Assembly (NCBI GenBank): GCA_964467905.1
Contig: CAYXSY010000010.1
Span: forward strand, 2,415-60,791
Length of the DNA stretch: 58,377 bases
Direction: 5' to 3'
DNA from: an uncultured Planctomycetales bacterium
Lineage (GTDB): Bacteria; Omnitrophota; Gorgyraeia; Gygaellales; Profunditerraquicolaceae
The notes under the pieces were generated by a model, which was not told where the DNA came from, made no database searches, and worked only from the letters and a program-made list of their open reading frames with translations. The translations under genes were made by a program, and so were the position numbers. This document shows, in pieces, positions 16,272-27,700 of this stretch. Within the stretch, counting starts at the first letter, position 1; each line of letters opens with the position of its first letter.

Positions 16272-17369
16272 ATGAGTGAGTATAAAAATATACTATTAAC
16301 TGGTAGCACTGGTTTGTTGGGGTCGTACTTATTAAAAGTTCTACTTGATAATGACTATTATGTGTATACCATTGCTAGATCTAGTAATTATAAGGATAGC
16401 GTATCTAGGGTATTAGATGTTTTAGAATTTTGGGGTAAAGAAACTATATCAAAGGCTAGGAGCAATCTTAGGGTAATTGAGGGAGATATTTCTATGCCTG
16501 ACTTCGGCTGTTCTTTAGAGGAATTAAAAATCTTGAAAGATGAGGTAGATGTTGTATTCCATTGTGCAGCCTTAATAGATTTTACGAGCCCGTTGGAGAA
16601 AATAAGGAGAATTAATGTTGGTGGTACAAAGAATTTATTAGATTTCGCTATCGAGTTTAAGAAGCTAAAGAAGATAAATTATATAAGTACGGTATATGTG
16701 GTAGGTACAAAGAACAACATTATTTTTAACGAAGAGATGTTAGATTTTAAACAAGGCTTCAACAATACTTATGAACAATCAAAATATGAGGCAGAAGTTA
16801 CGGTAAGGAATTACTTACAAAGAGGTTTAAAAATATCAATTTTTCGGCCAAGTATGGTTGTCGGAGAATCCTCTACGGGTAAGATTACTGCTTGGAATTT
16901 ATTTTACAATTCTCTAAAGTTATTTACTAGAGGAATATATGATGAGTTCCCTAGTAGTAATGACTGTTTTTTCAATATAGTGAATGTTGATGCTGTAGCG
17001 AAAGCAATATTCGTGCTCTCCAGGTTAGATGAGACTGGTGTTTATCATGTTGTTTCTCCTAATGATGTAATGGGAGAGCATTTTATAAGGATGGCCGCCG
17101 ATTATTTTGGATTCACATTGCCTAAATTCATACCATTGAAAGACTTTGATTTTAATAGGTGGACTCCTATTCAGAGAAAATTAGTTGGTGTTTTTGTCCC
17201 GTATATCAATTCTACTACTAAAATAGAATCTTCTAAGACACAGAAAATTTTAGCCAATTATGGATTTGAATATCCTATAATGAATGATGATAATATTTTA
17301 CGTATGTTTAAATATTGTTTTGAAGTAGGTTTTATTAAGAAAAACACAAATAAATCTTTAGTTAAATAA
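16272..17369 (+). CDS. Extended SDR, thioester-reductase/fatty acyl reductase type (NAD_binding_4)
   Basis: LTGSTGLLG, HCAA, INVGGT, YEQSKYEAE and FRPSMVVG motifs. Confidence 0.82.
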   Translation: MSEYKNILLTGSTGLLGSYLLKVLLDNDYYVYTIARSSNYKDSVSRVLDVLEFWGKETISKARSNLRVIEGDISMPDFGCSLEELKILKDEVDVVFHCAALIDFTSPLEKIRRINVGGTKNLLDFAIEFKKLKKINYISTVYVVGTKNNIIFNEEMLDFKQGFNNTYEQSKYEAEVTVRNYLQRGLKISIFRPSMVVGESSTGKITAWNLFYNSLKLFTRGIYDEFPSSNDCFFNIVNVDAVAKAIFVLSRLDETGVYHVVSPNDVMGEHFIRMAADYFGFTLPKFIPLKDFDFNRWTPIQRKLVGVFVPYINSTTKIESSKTQKILANYGFEYPIMNDDNILRMFKYCFEVGFIKKNTNKSLVK

Positions 17370-17370
17370 T

Positions 17371-19560
17371 ATGAATATATTTTGGTTTTCTAGCGTTGTT
17401 CTTCAAGTATCAGCTTTGATTGTGGGTGTTCTTACTTTACTTAGGAGCAATAATAAGGTTACAAATACTATTTTTGCTTTAATGTCTTTAAGCTTCGCGG
17501 TTTGGGGAATTGGGAGCTCGGTTTTCTCGAGAATCCCGATAGAAGACTATCGAGAGGCTATGTTCTGGTGGCAATTTTCTTATACTGGTGTTATTGCATC
17601 AATTGTGTTTTATGCGCATTTCACATTCAGATATTTAAATATACATAAGAGGAAGTTTCTATTACTGATATATTTAGTTGGTTTATTATTTATGTTTTTG
17701 AATTGGTATAGTCGTTCAAGTCTATTCTTAGGTGATTTAAGATTTGTATTTAATCAATTCTACTGGCATGATTGGATAAGTAGCTCGAATCCCATATTTC
17801 TAATTTTTCATGTTGGATTTTATTTATTGTTATCTGGATATTGTTTTGTAATTACATTGAAGCATTTTAGAAAAACAACGGGTTTGGTTCGTAACCAACT
17901 AAAATATATTATATTTGGATCTATATTTGTTTGGTTAGGCGGGGCGTTAAATTTCTCTATAGATTACGGTTTTAATATCTATCCGTTTGGGAACTTTATA
18001 ATTTTGCCTTACGTTTTTGTTTTTGCATACGCAACTGCAAAATATCGCCTGTTAGACATTCGCGTTGCTATTACTCGGGCAGGGGTATTTATATTAGTTT
18101 ACACTTTAGTTTTAGGCGCTCCTTTTGCCGCAGCTATATGGTTTAAGGATAAATTAGTTGATATTTTAGGATCACAGTGGTGGATGTTTCCGTTTGGGCT
18201 ATTAGCATTCTTAGCCACCGGTGGTCCATTCCTTTATATATATATTCAGCGCCAAGCCGAGAATAGGCTATTTAAAGAGCAGAAGCGCTATCAGGATACT
18301 TTGAAACAGGCATCGGTCGGTATGACGCGTATCAGGGATTTACGCAAACTTCTTGATTTAATCGCTCATATCGTAACCAAAACAGTCAAAATTTCTTATG
18401 CGGCTATTTATCTTCTGAATGAAGATACCGAAGAATATACCGTGCAGGTCAGCCGCGATAAAGGTAGAATTCCTTTACAAAAGATAGCCTCTGATAATCC
18501 TTTGATACAATGGATAGTTTTTAAACGCGAGCCGATTATTTATGACGAAGTAAAGCGTTTGATGGAAGATACCCATAATGAGACATATCGACATCTTGAA
18601 GAAAATATGCGTTTGCTCACGGCTTCGGTAATAATACCAAGCTTTTTGGAAGATAAATTTATCGGCTTCTTTGTTTTAGGAGATAAAATATCGGGCGAAA
18701 TTTATACTATTGAAGATTTAAATGTTTTTCAGGTTTTAGCCAGTCAAGCTGCTTTAGCTATTGAGAACGCCGAGTTCTATGAAGAAGCCAAGGAAATGCA
18801 GGATCAGATTGCGCAGGCAGAGAAGATGGCTACTATTGGTACTATGGCCGATGGGCTATCCCATCAGATAAATAATCGTTTCCATGCTTTGTCGTTAATT
18901 GCCGCAGATACCATTGATACGATAAAGACTACAGATACTGCAAGCTGCAGCCCCGAGATGCAGGAGATGATTAAGAAAATCAGCTATGCCCTTGAGCGCG
19001 TTGAGGCAAATGTTATGCAGGGAGCAGAGGTAGTAAAGGGAATACTAAAATATAGCCGTAAAGGCGAACAAGGGTTAACGGCGCTGGATTTAGATCAGAT
19101 TATAGATGGGACATTGGAGATGGTACAGTTTAAGGTTAAGCTTAATGAAATAGATTTTATCCGTAATTATTCTAAGGATATCCCCAAAATTAAAGGTAAT
19201 CTTGTTCAGCTAGAGGAGGCATTTTTTAATTTTATTGATAATGCCTACGACGCTATAGTTGAGCGGCGTACTCTTCTTAAAGAAGCAGGTTATAAAGGAA
19301 AAATTACCGTCACCGCTACACCTAAAGACAAAAGTATAGAGATTGTCGTTGAAGATAACGGTATGGGAGTAAAAGAAGAAGACGCTAAAAAAGTTTTCAC
19401 TCCGTTTTTCACCACTAAAATTTCCGCGCGTAAAGGTACAGGCCTTGGCCTTTACGTTATCAAAAAAATCATTACTGACGCCCATAAGGGAAAGATCAAT
19501 TTTGAATCCGCCTATCAAGTCGGAACTCGCTTTATTCTCGAGTTGCCTACCACATCCTAA
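17371..19560 (+). CDS. Sensor histidine kinase: multi-TM N-terminus, GAF, HisKA, HATPase
   Basis: Many TM helices; GAF-like region; LSHQINN H-box; DNGMG, PFFTTK and GTGLGL boxes. Confidence 0.92.
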   Translation: MNIFWFSSVVLQVSALIVGVLTLLRSNNKVTNTIFALMSLSFAVWGIGSSVFSRIPIEDYREAMFWWQFSYTGVIASIVFYAHFTFRYLNIHKRKFLLLIYLVGLLFMFLNWYSRSSLFLGDLRFVFNQFYWHDWISSSNPIFLIFHVGFYLLLSGYCFVITLKHFRKTTGLVRNQLKYIIFGSIFVWLGGALNFSIDYGFNIYPFGNFIILPYVFVFAYATAKYRLLDIRVAITRAGVFILVYTLVLGAPFAAAIWFKDKLVDILGSQWWMFPFGLLAFLATGGPFLYIYIQRQAENRLFKEQKRYQDTLKQASVGMTRIRDLRKLLDLIAHIVTKTVKISYAAIYLLNEDTEEYTVQVSRDKGRIPLQKIASDNPLIQWIVFKREPIIYDEVKRLMEDTHNETYRHLEENMRLLTASVIIPSFLEDKFIGFFVLGDKISGEIYTIEDLNVFQVLASQAALAIENAEFYEEAKEMQDQIAQAEKMATIGTMADGLSHQINNRFHALSLIAADTIDTIKTTDTASCSPEMQEMIKKISYALERVEANVMQGAEVVKGILKYSRKGEQGLTALDLDQIIDGTLEMVQFKVKLNEIDFIRNYSKDIPKIKGNLVQLEEAFFNFIDNAYDAIVERRTLLKEAGYKGKITVTATPKDKSIEIVVEDNGMGVKEEDAKKVFTPFFTTKISARKGTGLGLYVIKKIITDAHKGKINFESAYQVGTRFILELPTTS

Positions 19561-19571
19561 GCCCCAACCCC

Positions 19572-20270
19572 AGGACCGTTTCCATCTAACTACTTATAAA
19601 GTATCAACTTATGCCAGAACTGTCCCCTTGTAATAAAAAATATTGTTAGATTTCTCCTCTTTTATGCGTCTATTTATTATAGAGGTAAGATTTAAAAAGG
19701 AGGGGACTATGTCTAGACCGGGCAGGACATATTTTAATAACGCTGTTTATCATATTACCATAAGAGGCAATAATAAGCAGGCGGTTTTGAAAGAAGCGGA
19801 CGATAAAATGAATTTTATTAAATCTTTAGATAAATTTAAGAAGCGCTTTAAATTTAAGCTTTATTGTTTTGCTATTATGCACAATCACGTTCATTTAGTT
19901 ATTGAAACGCAAGAACATATTAGAATTTCTAAGATTATGCAAGCGATTGCGCTTTCTTATAGCGTAAAATTTAGAAAGAAATATGGATATGTTGGCTATG
20001 TTTGGCAAGGCAGATTTAGGAGCACGGTTATTGATGATGAGAAGTATATATTGGCTTGTATGGAGTATATTCATAATAATCCTGTGAGGGCTGGTTTTTC
20101 TAGAAGGCCTCAAGATTATACATGGAGTAGTTGTCGTTTTTATGAAGGGCTTAAATCTAGTATTGATAAGTACGTAGAAATCGATAGGTATATTGCTTAA
20201 TACTGGTTTTTATGGGGGTCAGTTCCATCGGAACTTATTATGTTGCAGAGAGATAAATAGAAACGGTCCT
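19572..20270. mobile_element. RAYT locus bracketed by nested inverted repeats
   Basis: AGGACCGTTTCCA 19572-84 vs TAGAAACGGTCCT 20258-70; GAACTGTCCCC 19617-27 vs GGGGTCAGTTC about 20216-26. Confidence 0.7.
19709..20200 (+). CDS. REP-associated tyrosine transposase (RAYT, Y1/HUH)
   Basis: AGGAGG RBS favours ATG 19709; YHITIRGNNKQ, MHNHVHLV (HUH), VWQGRF, YIHNNPVRAG and YTWSS motifs. Confidence 0.9.
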   Translation: MSRPGRTYFNNAVYHITIRGNNKQAVLKEADDKMNFIKSLDKFKKRFKFKLYCFAIMHNHVHLVIETQEHIRISKIMQAIALSYSVKFRKKYGYVGYVWQGRFRSTVIDDEKYILACMEYIHNNPVRAGFSRRPQDYTWSSCRFYEGLKSSIDKYVEIDRYIA

Positions 20271-20321
20271 ACAGGTGGGGATTTTAGCTTGAAAAGCCTT
20301 GAATCATATGTTATATTTTAC

Positions 20322-20428
20322 CTAAAGCTGCCACGGGACATATAAAAAGAGGGTTTATGTTCCAAGAAGAACATAATAATATAGTGAACTTTCTAAAGAG
20401 AACAGTTTTTCCTGTTCTCTTTTTTTGT
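20322..20428 (+). repeat. 107-bp direct repeat copy 1 (upstream region, RBS and first codons)
   Basis: 4 mismatches versus 32218-32324. Confidence 0.92.
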
Positions 20429-21700
20429 TTTTTATGTGGCATCGCCCTTGCCGCAGATACGACCCCGCCAGCCACGCCCACAATAACTTATTTACCATGG
20501 ATAATCACCCCTGACAATAAGTTTAACTTTACCTGGAGCGCATCGAGCGATGCCGGTGGCTCCGGCCTGGCAGGTTATTATTATCGGATTACCAAAGACT
20601 CTGTTTCGGGAGCGCCGCTACGCGACTGGACGTCAGTCGGGCTTAATACGTCCGTGCAGATTGTCGCTTCGCAGCTTGCCTTTGTGCGCGGTTCAACTTA
20701 TTATTTCAGTGTAAAGGCAAGGGATGGTGCCGGAAATGAAAGCGCATCTGCTTACAAAAGCGCGCGTTTTATTAAATTTCCTTCAGTCGGCACAATTAGC
20801 CCTTCAGCCGGCTCATCCGTTACCGGAATGCCCGCAACAATCACTTCTACCTATATAGATCCTGACGCATATACCAATTTAGCATCAACAAGTATGCTGA
20901 TTTCCACTGCAGCCGGAAGCTATGCTAATTGTTTTTACGGCGATTATAACCCTCAAACTAATAAACTCTATTTAAGGAATGATGCCGGTACCGGCTTTGC
21001 CAGCGGCAGCGGACAAGTTTCTCCGGGGCAGAGCGCTACATTAGAGAATAGTTATGTAAAGTTAAACTGCGCCCAGACTACGGTTTCGGGTTCGGGCACG
21101 ACCTTAACCGTTAATTGGAATATAACATTTAAAGACGGTTTTTCCGGTTCAAAAAATATGTATCTTTATTTGCGCGATAAATATGGCGCAGGTGCCGGCT
21201 GGTCGCAGAAAGGCACGCATATCGTAAATTTAAATAACGTTCCGTCTTTGGTGAGTTTTGCCCCTAGCTTAGGTACATCTTCGCAGAATAAAAGCACATA
21301 TATATTAGGAATATATACTGACCCCGACGGCTCAAGCAATATTGAGATAGCCCAGATTCTATTAGACACAACCACCAACCCTCAAGGCGGGGTATTTATA
21401 ATGTATAACCGTAAGACTGACAAATTGTATCTGCGTGATGATAATAACACTGCCTGGTTAGGCGGATATGCGCCGCGGTCAACTAATATAATACAGAATT
21501 CATTCTGTAAGCTTGAGTGCGCTAATACCTTCGTCATAAATTCAGGAAGTAACCTTGGGGTTATTGTTAAAGTAACTTTTAAAGACAGTTTTGCCGGGCC
21601 TAAGAATGTATATTTACGCGTAAAAGACCTTTCCGGAGCTGACACTACACTGTTGAAGAAAGGCGATTATTGTGTTTTTAGGGAGCCGCTTAAACCATAA
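20357..21700 (+). CDS. Secreted protein: Fn3 domain plus two about 150-aa beta modules
   Basis: Signal peptide; WSASSD..YYFSVKARDGAGNES Fn3 signature; two KLYLR(N/D)D modules. Confidence 0.85.
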   Translation: MFQEEHNNIVNFLKRTVFPVLFFCFLCGIALAADTTPPATPTITYLPWIITPDNKFNFTWSASSDAGGSGLAGYYYRITKDSVSGAPLRDWTSVGLNTSVQIVASQLAFVRGSTYYFSVKARDGAGNESASAYKSARFIKFPSVGTISPSAGSSVTGMPATITSTYIDPDAYTNLASTSMLISTAAGSYANCFYGDYNPQTNKLYLRNDAGTGFASGSGQVSPGQSATLENSYVKLNCAQTTVSGSGTTLTVNWNITFKDGFSGSKNMYLYLRDKYGAGAGWSQKGTHIVNLNNVPSLVSFAPSLGTSSQNKSTYILGIYTDPDGSSNIEIAQILLDTTTNPQGGVFIMYNRKTDKLYLRDDNNTAWLGGYAPRSTNIIQNSFCKLECANTFVINSGSNLGVIVKVTFKDSFAGPKNVYLRVKDLSGADTTLLKKGDYCVFREPLKP

Positions 21701-21703
21701 AAG

Positions 21704-24700
21704 ATGAAGAAAGCAATATTTAAATCCATTTCTATAATTGTTATTATCTCCCACCTGATTACAGTTTGTTTTAAGGATGTGGGGTTTGCCGAGGAGACAA
21801 AGGCTTCGGTATCTAGTAATTCTGCTTCGGCTACAAGCACCGCTTCTTCCCAATCCGAATCATCTGAACCAGTTAATCCACCTTCTGCAAGCGAGCCTCC
21901 GAGTAAGGCAGTTGATGCAGAGCCGCCGATTCCTCTTGATCAGATTGGAGGTATAGGCAATTTTAATTCCCGTCCTGTGCAGGTAGATTATTTTACCGGC
22001 CAAGCCTCATTTTCTATACCTATAATAGTTCCCCAGGGCAGAGCTGGTATGCAGCCGCAGATAGCTCTTAGTTATTCATCGGGTTCCGGTAATGGTATCG
22101 CCGGTGTCGGTTGGTCACTAAATATGGATTCCGTTCAGCGTTCAACCAAAAGAGGCGTTCCTAAATATAATGATATAACTGATATATTTATATTTTCTTC
22201 TTCCGGCAATGCGCAAGAATTAGTTAATATTAGTGGTAATGAATATCGCTCAAAAATAGAAGGAAGTTTTTTAAAAATTGAGCATTTGGATTCTAAATGG
22301 GTGGCTACTGATAAAACCGGAAAAAAGTATTATTTTGGCGTTAATGAGAACGCAAGGCAAATTACTCCTAAAGGATCATTCTCCTGGTATTTAACAGAAG
22401 TAGTAGACATTAATAATAACTCTTTGAATATAGAATATCTAAAAGATAACGGACAGATTTATCCATCGTTAGTCACTTATGGCATTAACTGCATTGAATT
22501 TGTTTATGAAGACCGGATGGATATTCATTTCAGCTATATAACCGGCGCAAGAGTAGCCAATAATAAACGCCTGAAAGAGATAATCATTAAGACTAATAAT
22601 ACGTTAGTTAGAAAGTATGTCTTGGAATATAAATTAAGCGCATCTACTAATCGTTCGCTTTTGACTTCAGTTATATTCTATGGTTCTGAAGATTCGTCTA
22701 CTCAGCCACCTTTGATTTTCAACTATAAGGATGAGTTGCCGAATTTTGCTTCTATGAGTTATTGGCCGGGGTTAACTGGAAGTTACAGGCATATAAGGAG
22801 ATCTACTACTGGAGCAGACAGCTATGTACAATTGGCATATGATTTATTCGACATAAACGGTGATGGCTTGTTGGATAGGGTGGTTAAAAAAGGCGATGAT
22901 GATACCACCTTATTAATACAGCTCAATAATGGCAGTGGCTTTGGTTCTTATAATAACTGGGCCGGACTTACAACCGGTAATGTTGTGCGTAGTACATATC
23001 GTAATGGGGTTTGGGATGAGACAGTGCGCGATACCGTCGATTTAAATGGCGATGGTTTACCTGATAAAATATACGGTTTTAATATGGCTAATTGGAGGGT
23101 GCAGCTGAATAATGGACAAGGTTTTGCGTCTCAAAGAAATTGGAATGGCATAGAAGGAGGGCGCCTTAATATTAGAGTCACCAAGACATTTAGCCCTGGT
23201 AATTGGCAAGTCGATAAGGGTTTAGTCACAGATTTGATAGATATGAATGGTGATGGGCTTGTTGATAGAGTTATTTATAATCCTGGTAATGATTATCTTA
23301 AGGTTCAACTTAATAATGGAAATGGGTTCGAACCTTATGTATTATGGGGACCAATTCAGACTAGCGATAGCAACTTCAAGGGTTGGGTTAATTATTCTAA
23401 ATATTACGGTAATTTAGATGTTGTAAACCTTAGGGATATGAATGGTGATGGCCTGCCGGATAGAGTGGAAGCCGATGGTACGAGTGTTTGGCAAGTGCAG
23501 TTTAATAACGGAATTGGTTTTGAGCCTCCCGTAGCTTGGGTTGGCGTAAATAGAGTCGGAGGCGCAGCTAACTATTATCGGATGATAAGATATTCGGTAA
23601 CGCAAGGTAGTGAATATTTAACAAACATTGAATTAATAGATATGAATGGCGATAATTTACCGGATAGGATAATCCATAGTCTTGATAGTACTAGTATTAT
23701 GAAAGTTCAGTTTAATAATGGCAATGGTTTTCAGCCTCCAGTTGATTGGGGCCCCATTTATGGAGATATTAATAGGATTCGTTACATAAATTCCAATAGT
23801 CAAACTTATGCCGATATTATGGATATAAACGGTGATGGTTTGCCGGATAAAGTCTATATTCCTGGTCCCAATGTTACGAATTGGCGTGTCCAACTTAATA
23901 CCGGCTTTCCCACAGATGCTTTATTATCCGTTGACAACGGCTTAGGCGGAGTAACGGAGATTACCTATAATCCTTCTACTAAATATGACAACACCGGCGA
24001 AGATAATAAATCTGATTTGCCGTTTCCTGTACCTGTGGTCAGTTCGGTTACTTATTCAGACAGCAAAGGCTCAAGTTATACAACCAATTATTTTTATCGT
24101 GATGGCTTATATTCATGGCAGCAGCGTGAATTTCGTGGGTTTGGTTATGTTAAGGTAACCGACGCAGAAAATACCTCAAACGAAAGCTATTTCCACCAAG
24201 ACGATATCTTTAAGGGCCGCTTGTATAAGCAGGAGGTAAAAGATGCAACAGGCGCGCTTTATTCTAAGACAGAAAATACCTGGTATAACGACCAGAGAAC
24301 GGACGGAACGAATTTTGTATTTTTGCAGCAGACGGATAGTTATTTATATGAAGGCAAGCCCGAGCCCAAGCATACGCGAGTCAGGTTTCTTTATGACAAT
24401 TACGGAAATCCCTGGACAGTTTATTCAGATGGAGAAGTTGATGTTTTGGGCGATGAGAAAACCCAATGCACAAACTATGTTTATAACGAATCGCAATGGC
24501 TGCTTAGTTTCCCGCGCTACACCTGCTTGTTTGATGCAAATAATAATGTAGTTTCCGAGAAATATTTCTATTACGATAATCATTCAAACCCGGAGGATAT
24601 TCCTGTAAAAGGCCTTTTGACCAAAGAAGAGGCAACTATTTTTAATCCTCCGGCAAAAAGCGGGGTAAAGAGCGGCAATACAGTTGTTGCGCAATATGCC

Positions 24701-27700
24701 TATGATGTTTACGGCAATCTGATAACCTCAACCGATTCACGCGGCAATAGCGTAAATACGGCTTACGATACGGTTGCATCAACTTTTCCTGTGCGCGTAG
24801 TCAATTCTTTAGGGCAGAATATTCAGATGACTTATTATGGCATTAATGAGTCAGGCTCAAAAGCAGGGGTAAGCGGTTTTGGGCTCCCGGGCCAACCTAA
24901 AGCGACAATTGACACTAATAGCCAGCAGACTTATCAAATTTATGATGCATTAGGTAGGGTGGTTAAAGTCATCGGCCCCAATGATACCGAAGATTCACCC
25001 GGTGTGATTTACGAGTATGATTTATCAGCCCAACCCATAAAAATCACCAAAAAAGTTAAAGATGATTCAGGCGGTTCGATAAAATATCTTACTACTTACG
25101 AATTTTATGACGGCTTAGGCCGCCTTATTGAGAGTAAGTCTCCTGCTGAAGCAGACCCGCTTACAGGGGGAGCCCGTCAGATAGTCTCGGGTATTGTTAC
25201 CTATGATCAGAGAGGGCAGGTTAAAGAAAAATATCTGCCTTATTTTGTTCCTGCGTCAGCCGATTATGTTGCCCCGACTTATGAAACCCCGCATGTTAGC
25301 TTTACATATGATGCCTTAGGAAGAGTGGTGCAGGTCACCAATCCCGATGGCAGCTATTCAAGCGTAACTTACGATCAATTCAAGAAAACAACCACCGATG
25401 AAAACGGCCATTACAGGACAGAGTATTACGACGCATACAGTAGGATTATTAAGGTGGAGGAAAATAATTCCGGGCAAATTTATACTACCCGTTATGAATA
25501 TGATACCTTAGGCAACCTCACTAAGACTATCGATGATAAAGGCAACGTTACTCAAATTTGGTATGATTCGCTGGGGCGCAAAATAAAAATGGATGACCCG
25601 GATATGGGCGTCTGGCTTTACGAATACGATTCAGCAGGAAATCTTACCAAGCAAACCGATAATAAGGGAGGAGTTTTAACTTTTGAATACGATTCTCTGA
25701 ATCGTCTGATCCGTAAGTTAATCGGCGCGCAGGTGCTGGCCACTTATTATTACGATGATTTAACTAAGCCAAATTGCGTGGGCAGGCTTTCTAAAATAAC
25801 GGATCAGTCCGGCTCAACCGAGTTTTTCTATGATAATTTAGGCAGAGAGATAAAATCTACAAAGACAATCGGCGGCTCGCAGTTTACGGTCCAAAGAGAA
25901 TATGATTCGCTTGATCGCTTGACGAAATTAACCTATCCGGATGGCAGCGTTATCCAATATGAATATAATCCGCAAGGTATAGAGAAGGTCTATGGTTCTT
26001 CAAAAGACGTCTCTTATGTAACAAATATTAATTATTCTCCAACCGGCCAAATCTTAAGAATTCAATACGGTAACAACACCGAAACTAATTACGCTTATAA
26101 CCCGCAGACTCTGCGCCTTGATAATATTATCACTCAAAGCCCGAAGGGTAAAGTTCAGGATTTAAGTTACACCTTTGACAGCGTCGGTAATGTCACCAAT
26201 ATCCAGGATTATGTAAATAGCGCAACGCAGAGTTTTGTCTATGATGACTTAAACCGCCTCACGCAGGCAAGCGGCGCGTACGGCACTTACGCCTACCAGT
26301 ATGACTCAATAGGAAACATGATTTATAAGGAAGGCGTAAGTATGGTCTATGGTTCGACTGCGCTCACCACAAGTGGTAAGCCGCGCCTGCCGCACGCGGT
26401 TACACGTTTTGGCGATACAGAGATAGATTATGACTTAAACGGCAACATGATTAAGAAGGGTTCGCTTGAATATAGTTATGATGCCGAGAACCGTTTAATT
26501 AAGGCAGAAGATAAGTCTTCTTCGGGTGAGGTAACTTTGGATATAACATTAAGACCCGGCTGGAACTTTTTCTCGCTGCCGCTAGAGCCGCTGGATGCAA
26601 AAGCCACAAGCGTTTTATCATCTATCGCAGGAAAGTATGACCAGCTCTCGCGGTATAATCCTACGGCAAAAACATTCGAGCATTTTATAAATGATTCGCG
26701 TTTTAACCAGTTTGATTCTTTTGAATACGGCAGGGGTTATCAGATTTATATTACTTCGTCTATAGATGTTATTTTGACCGTTGTAGGGTCTGTCCCCGTA
26801 AAAGCTGCAGGAGCAAGTAAGGGGACTGACCCTAAAGCAGCTACTGAAATTTTACTTAAGACCGGTTTGAACCTTATTGCTAATCCTAAACTCACTGAAG
26901 TATCGGTTGAGCAAGGGCTTTCTCCTCTAAAGTTAGGCGTTGATTATTCCCGCGTTCTTTACTATAATAAAGACACATCAAGTTTTCAGGAATATTCTGC
27001 TACTAAGAAGGAATTTTCTGTTTTTAAGCCCGGTGTAAGCTATTTCCTTGATTGTTTAAAAGATGCCAGCTGGGTCATTGATAACTCAAGACCCGTAACT
27101 ACCTTCCTCTATGACGGTGACGGAGGAAGAGTAAAGAAGATAGTAGGAAGTAGCTCTACCACCTACATCGGCTCGCTCTTTGAGAAGGACCAGGACGGCA
27201 AGGCCACCCGCCACATCTTTGCCGGAGCCAACAGGATTTGCAGTATAGAAGGCTCTGATGCCCGCTACTTCCATTCAGACCACTTAGGCAGCTCTAATGT
27301 TACTACGGATGCCTCTGGTAATCAGGTAGGCTTAACGGAATTTAGCCCGTATGGGGGAGTTTCCCGGCAGACAGGAACCTACGAGCCCAAGTATAAGTTT
27401 ACCGGCAAGGAGCTGGATGCTTCAACAGGGCTGTATTTCTACGGAGCAAGGTATTACGATCCGGAATTGGGGAGGTTCATTAGTGCGGATACTTTCGTTC
27501 AGAATCCATACGACCCGCAGTCTTTTAACCGGTATTCTTATTGTCGTAACAACCCCATAAATTACGTTGACCCGACGGGGCACTTCTTCTGGATAATTGC
27601 AGGAGCTATAATTGGTGCAATTATTGGTGGGGCGGTTGCTGCAGCTACTGGTGGGAATATTGGACAGGGATTCTTAATCGGGGCAATCAGTGGGGCGTTG

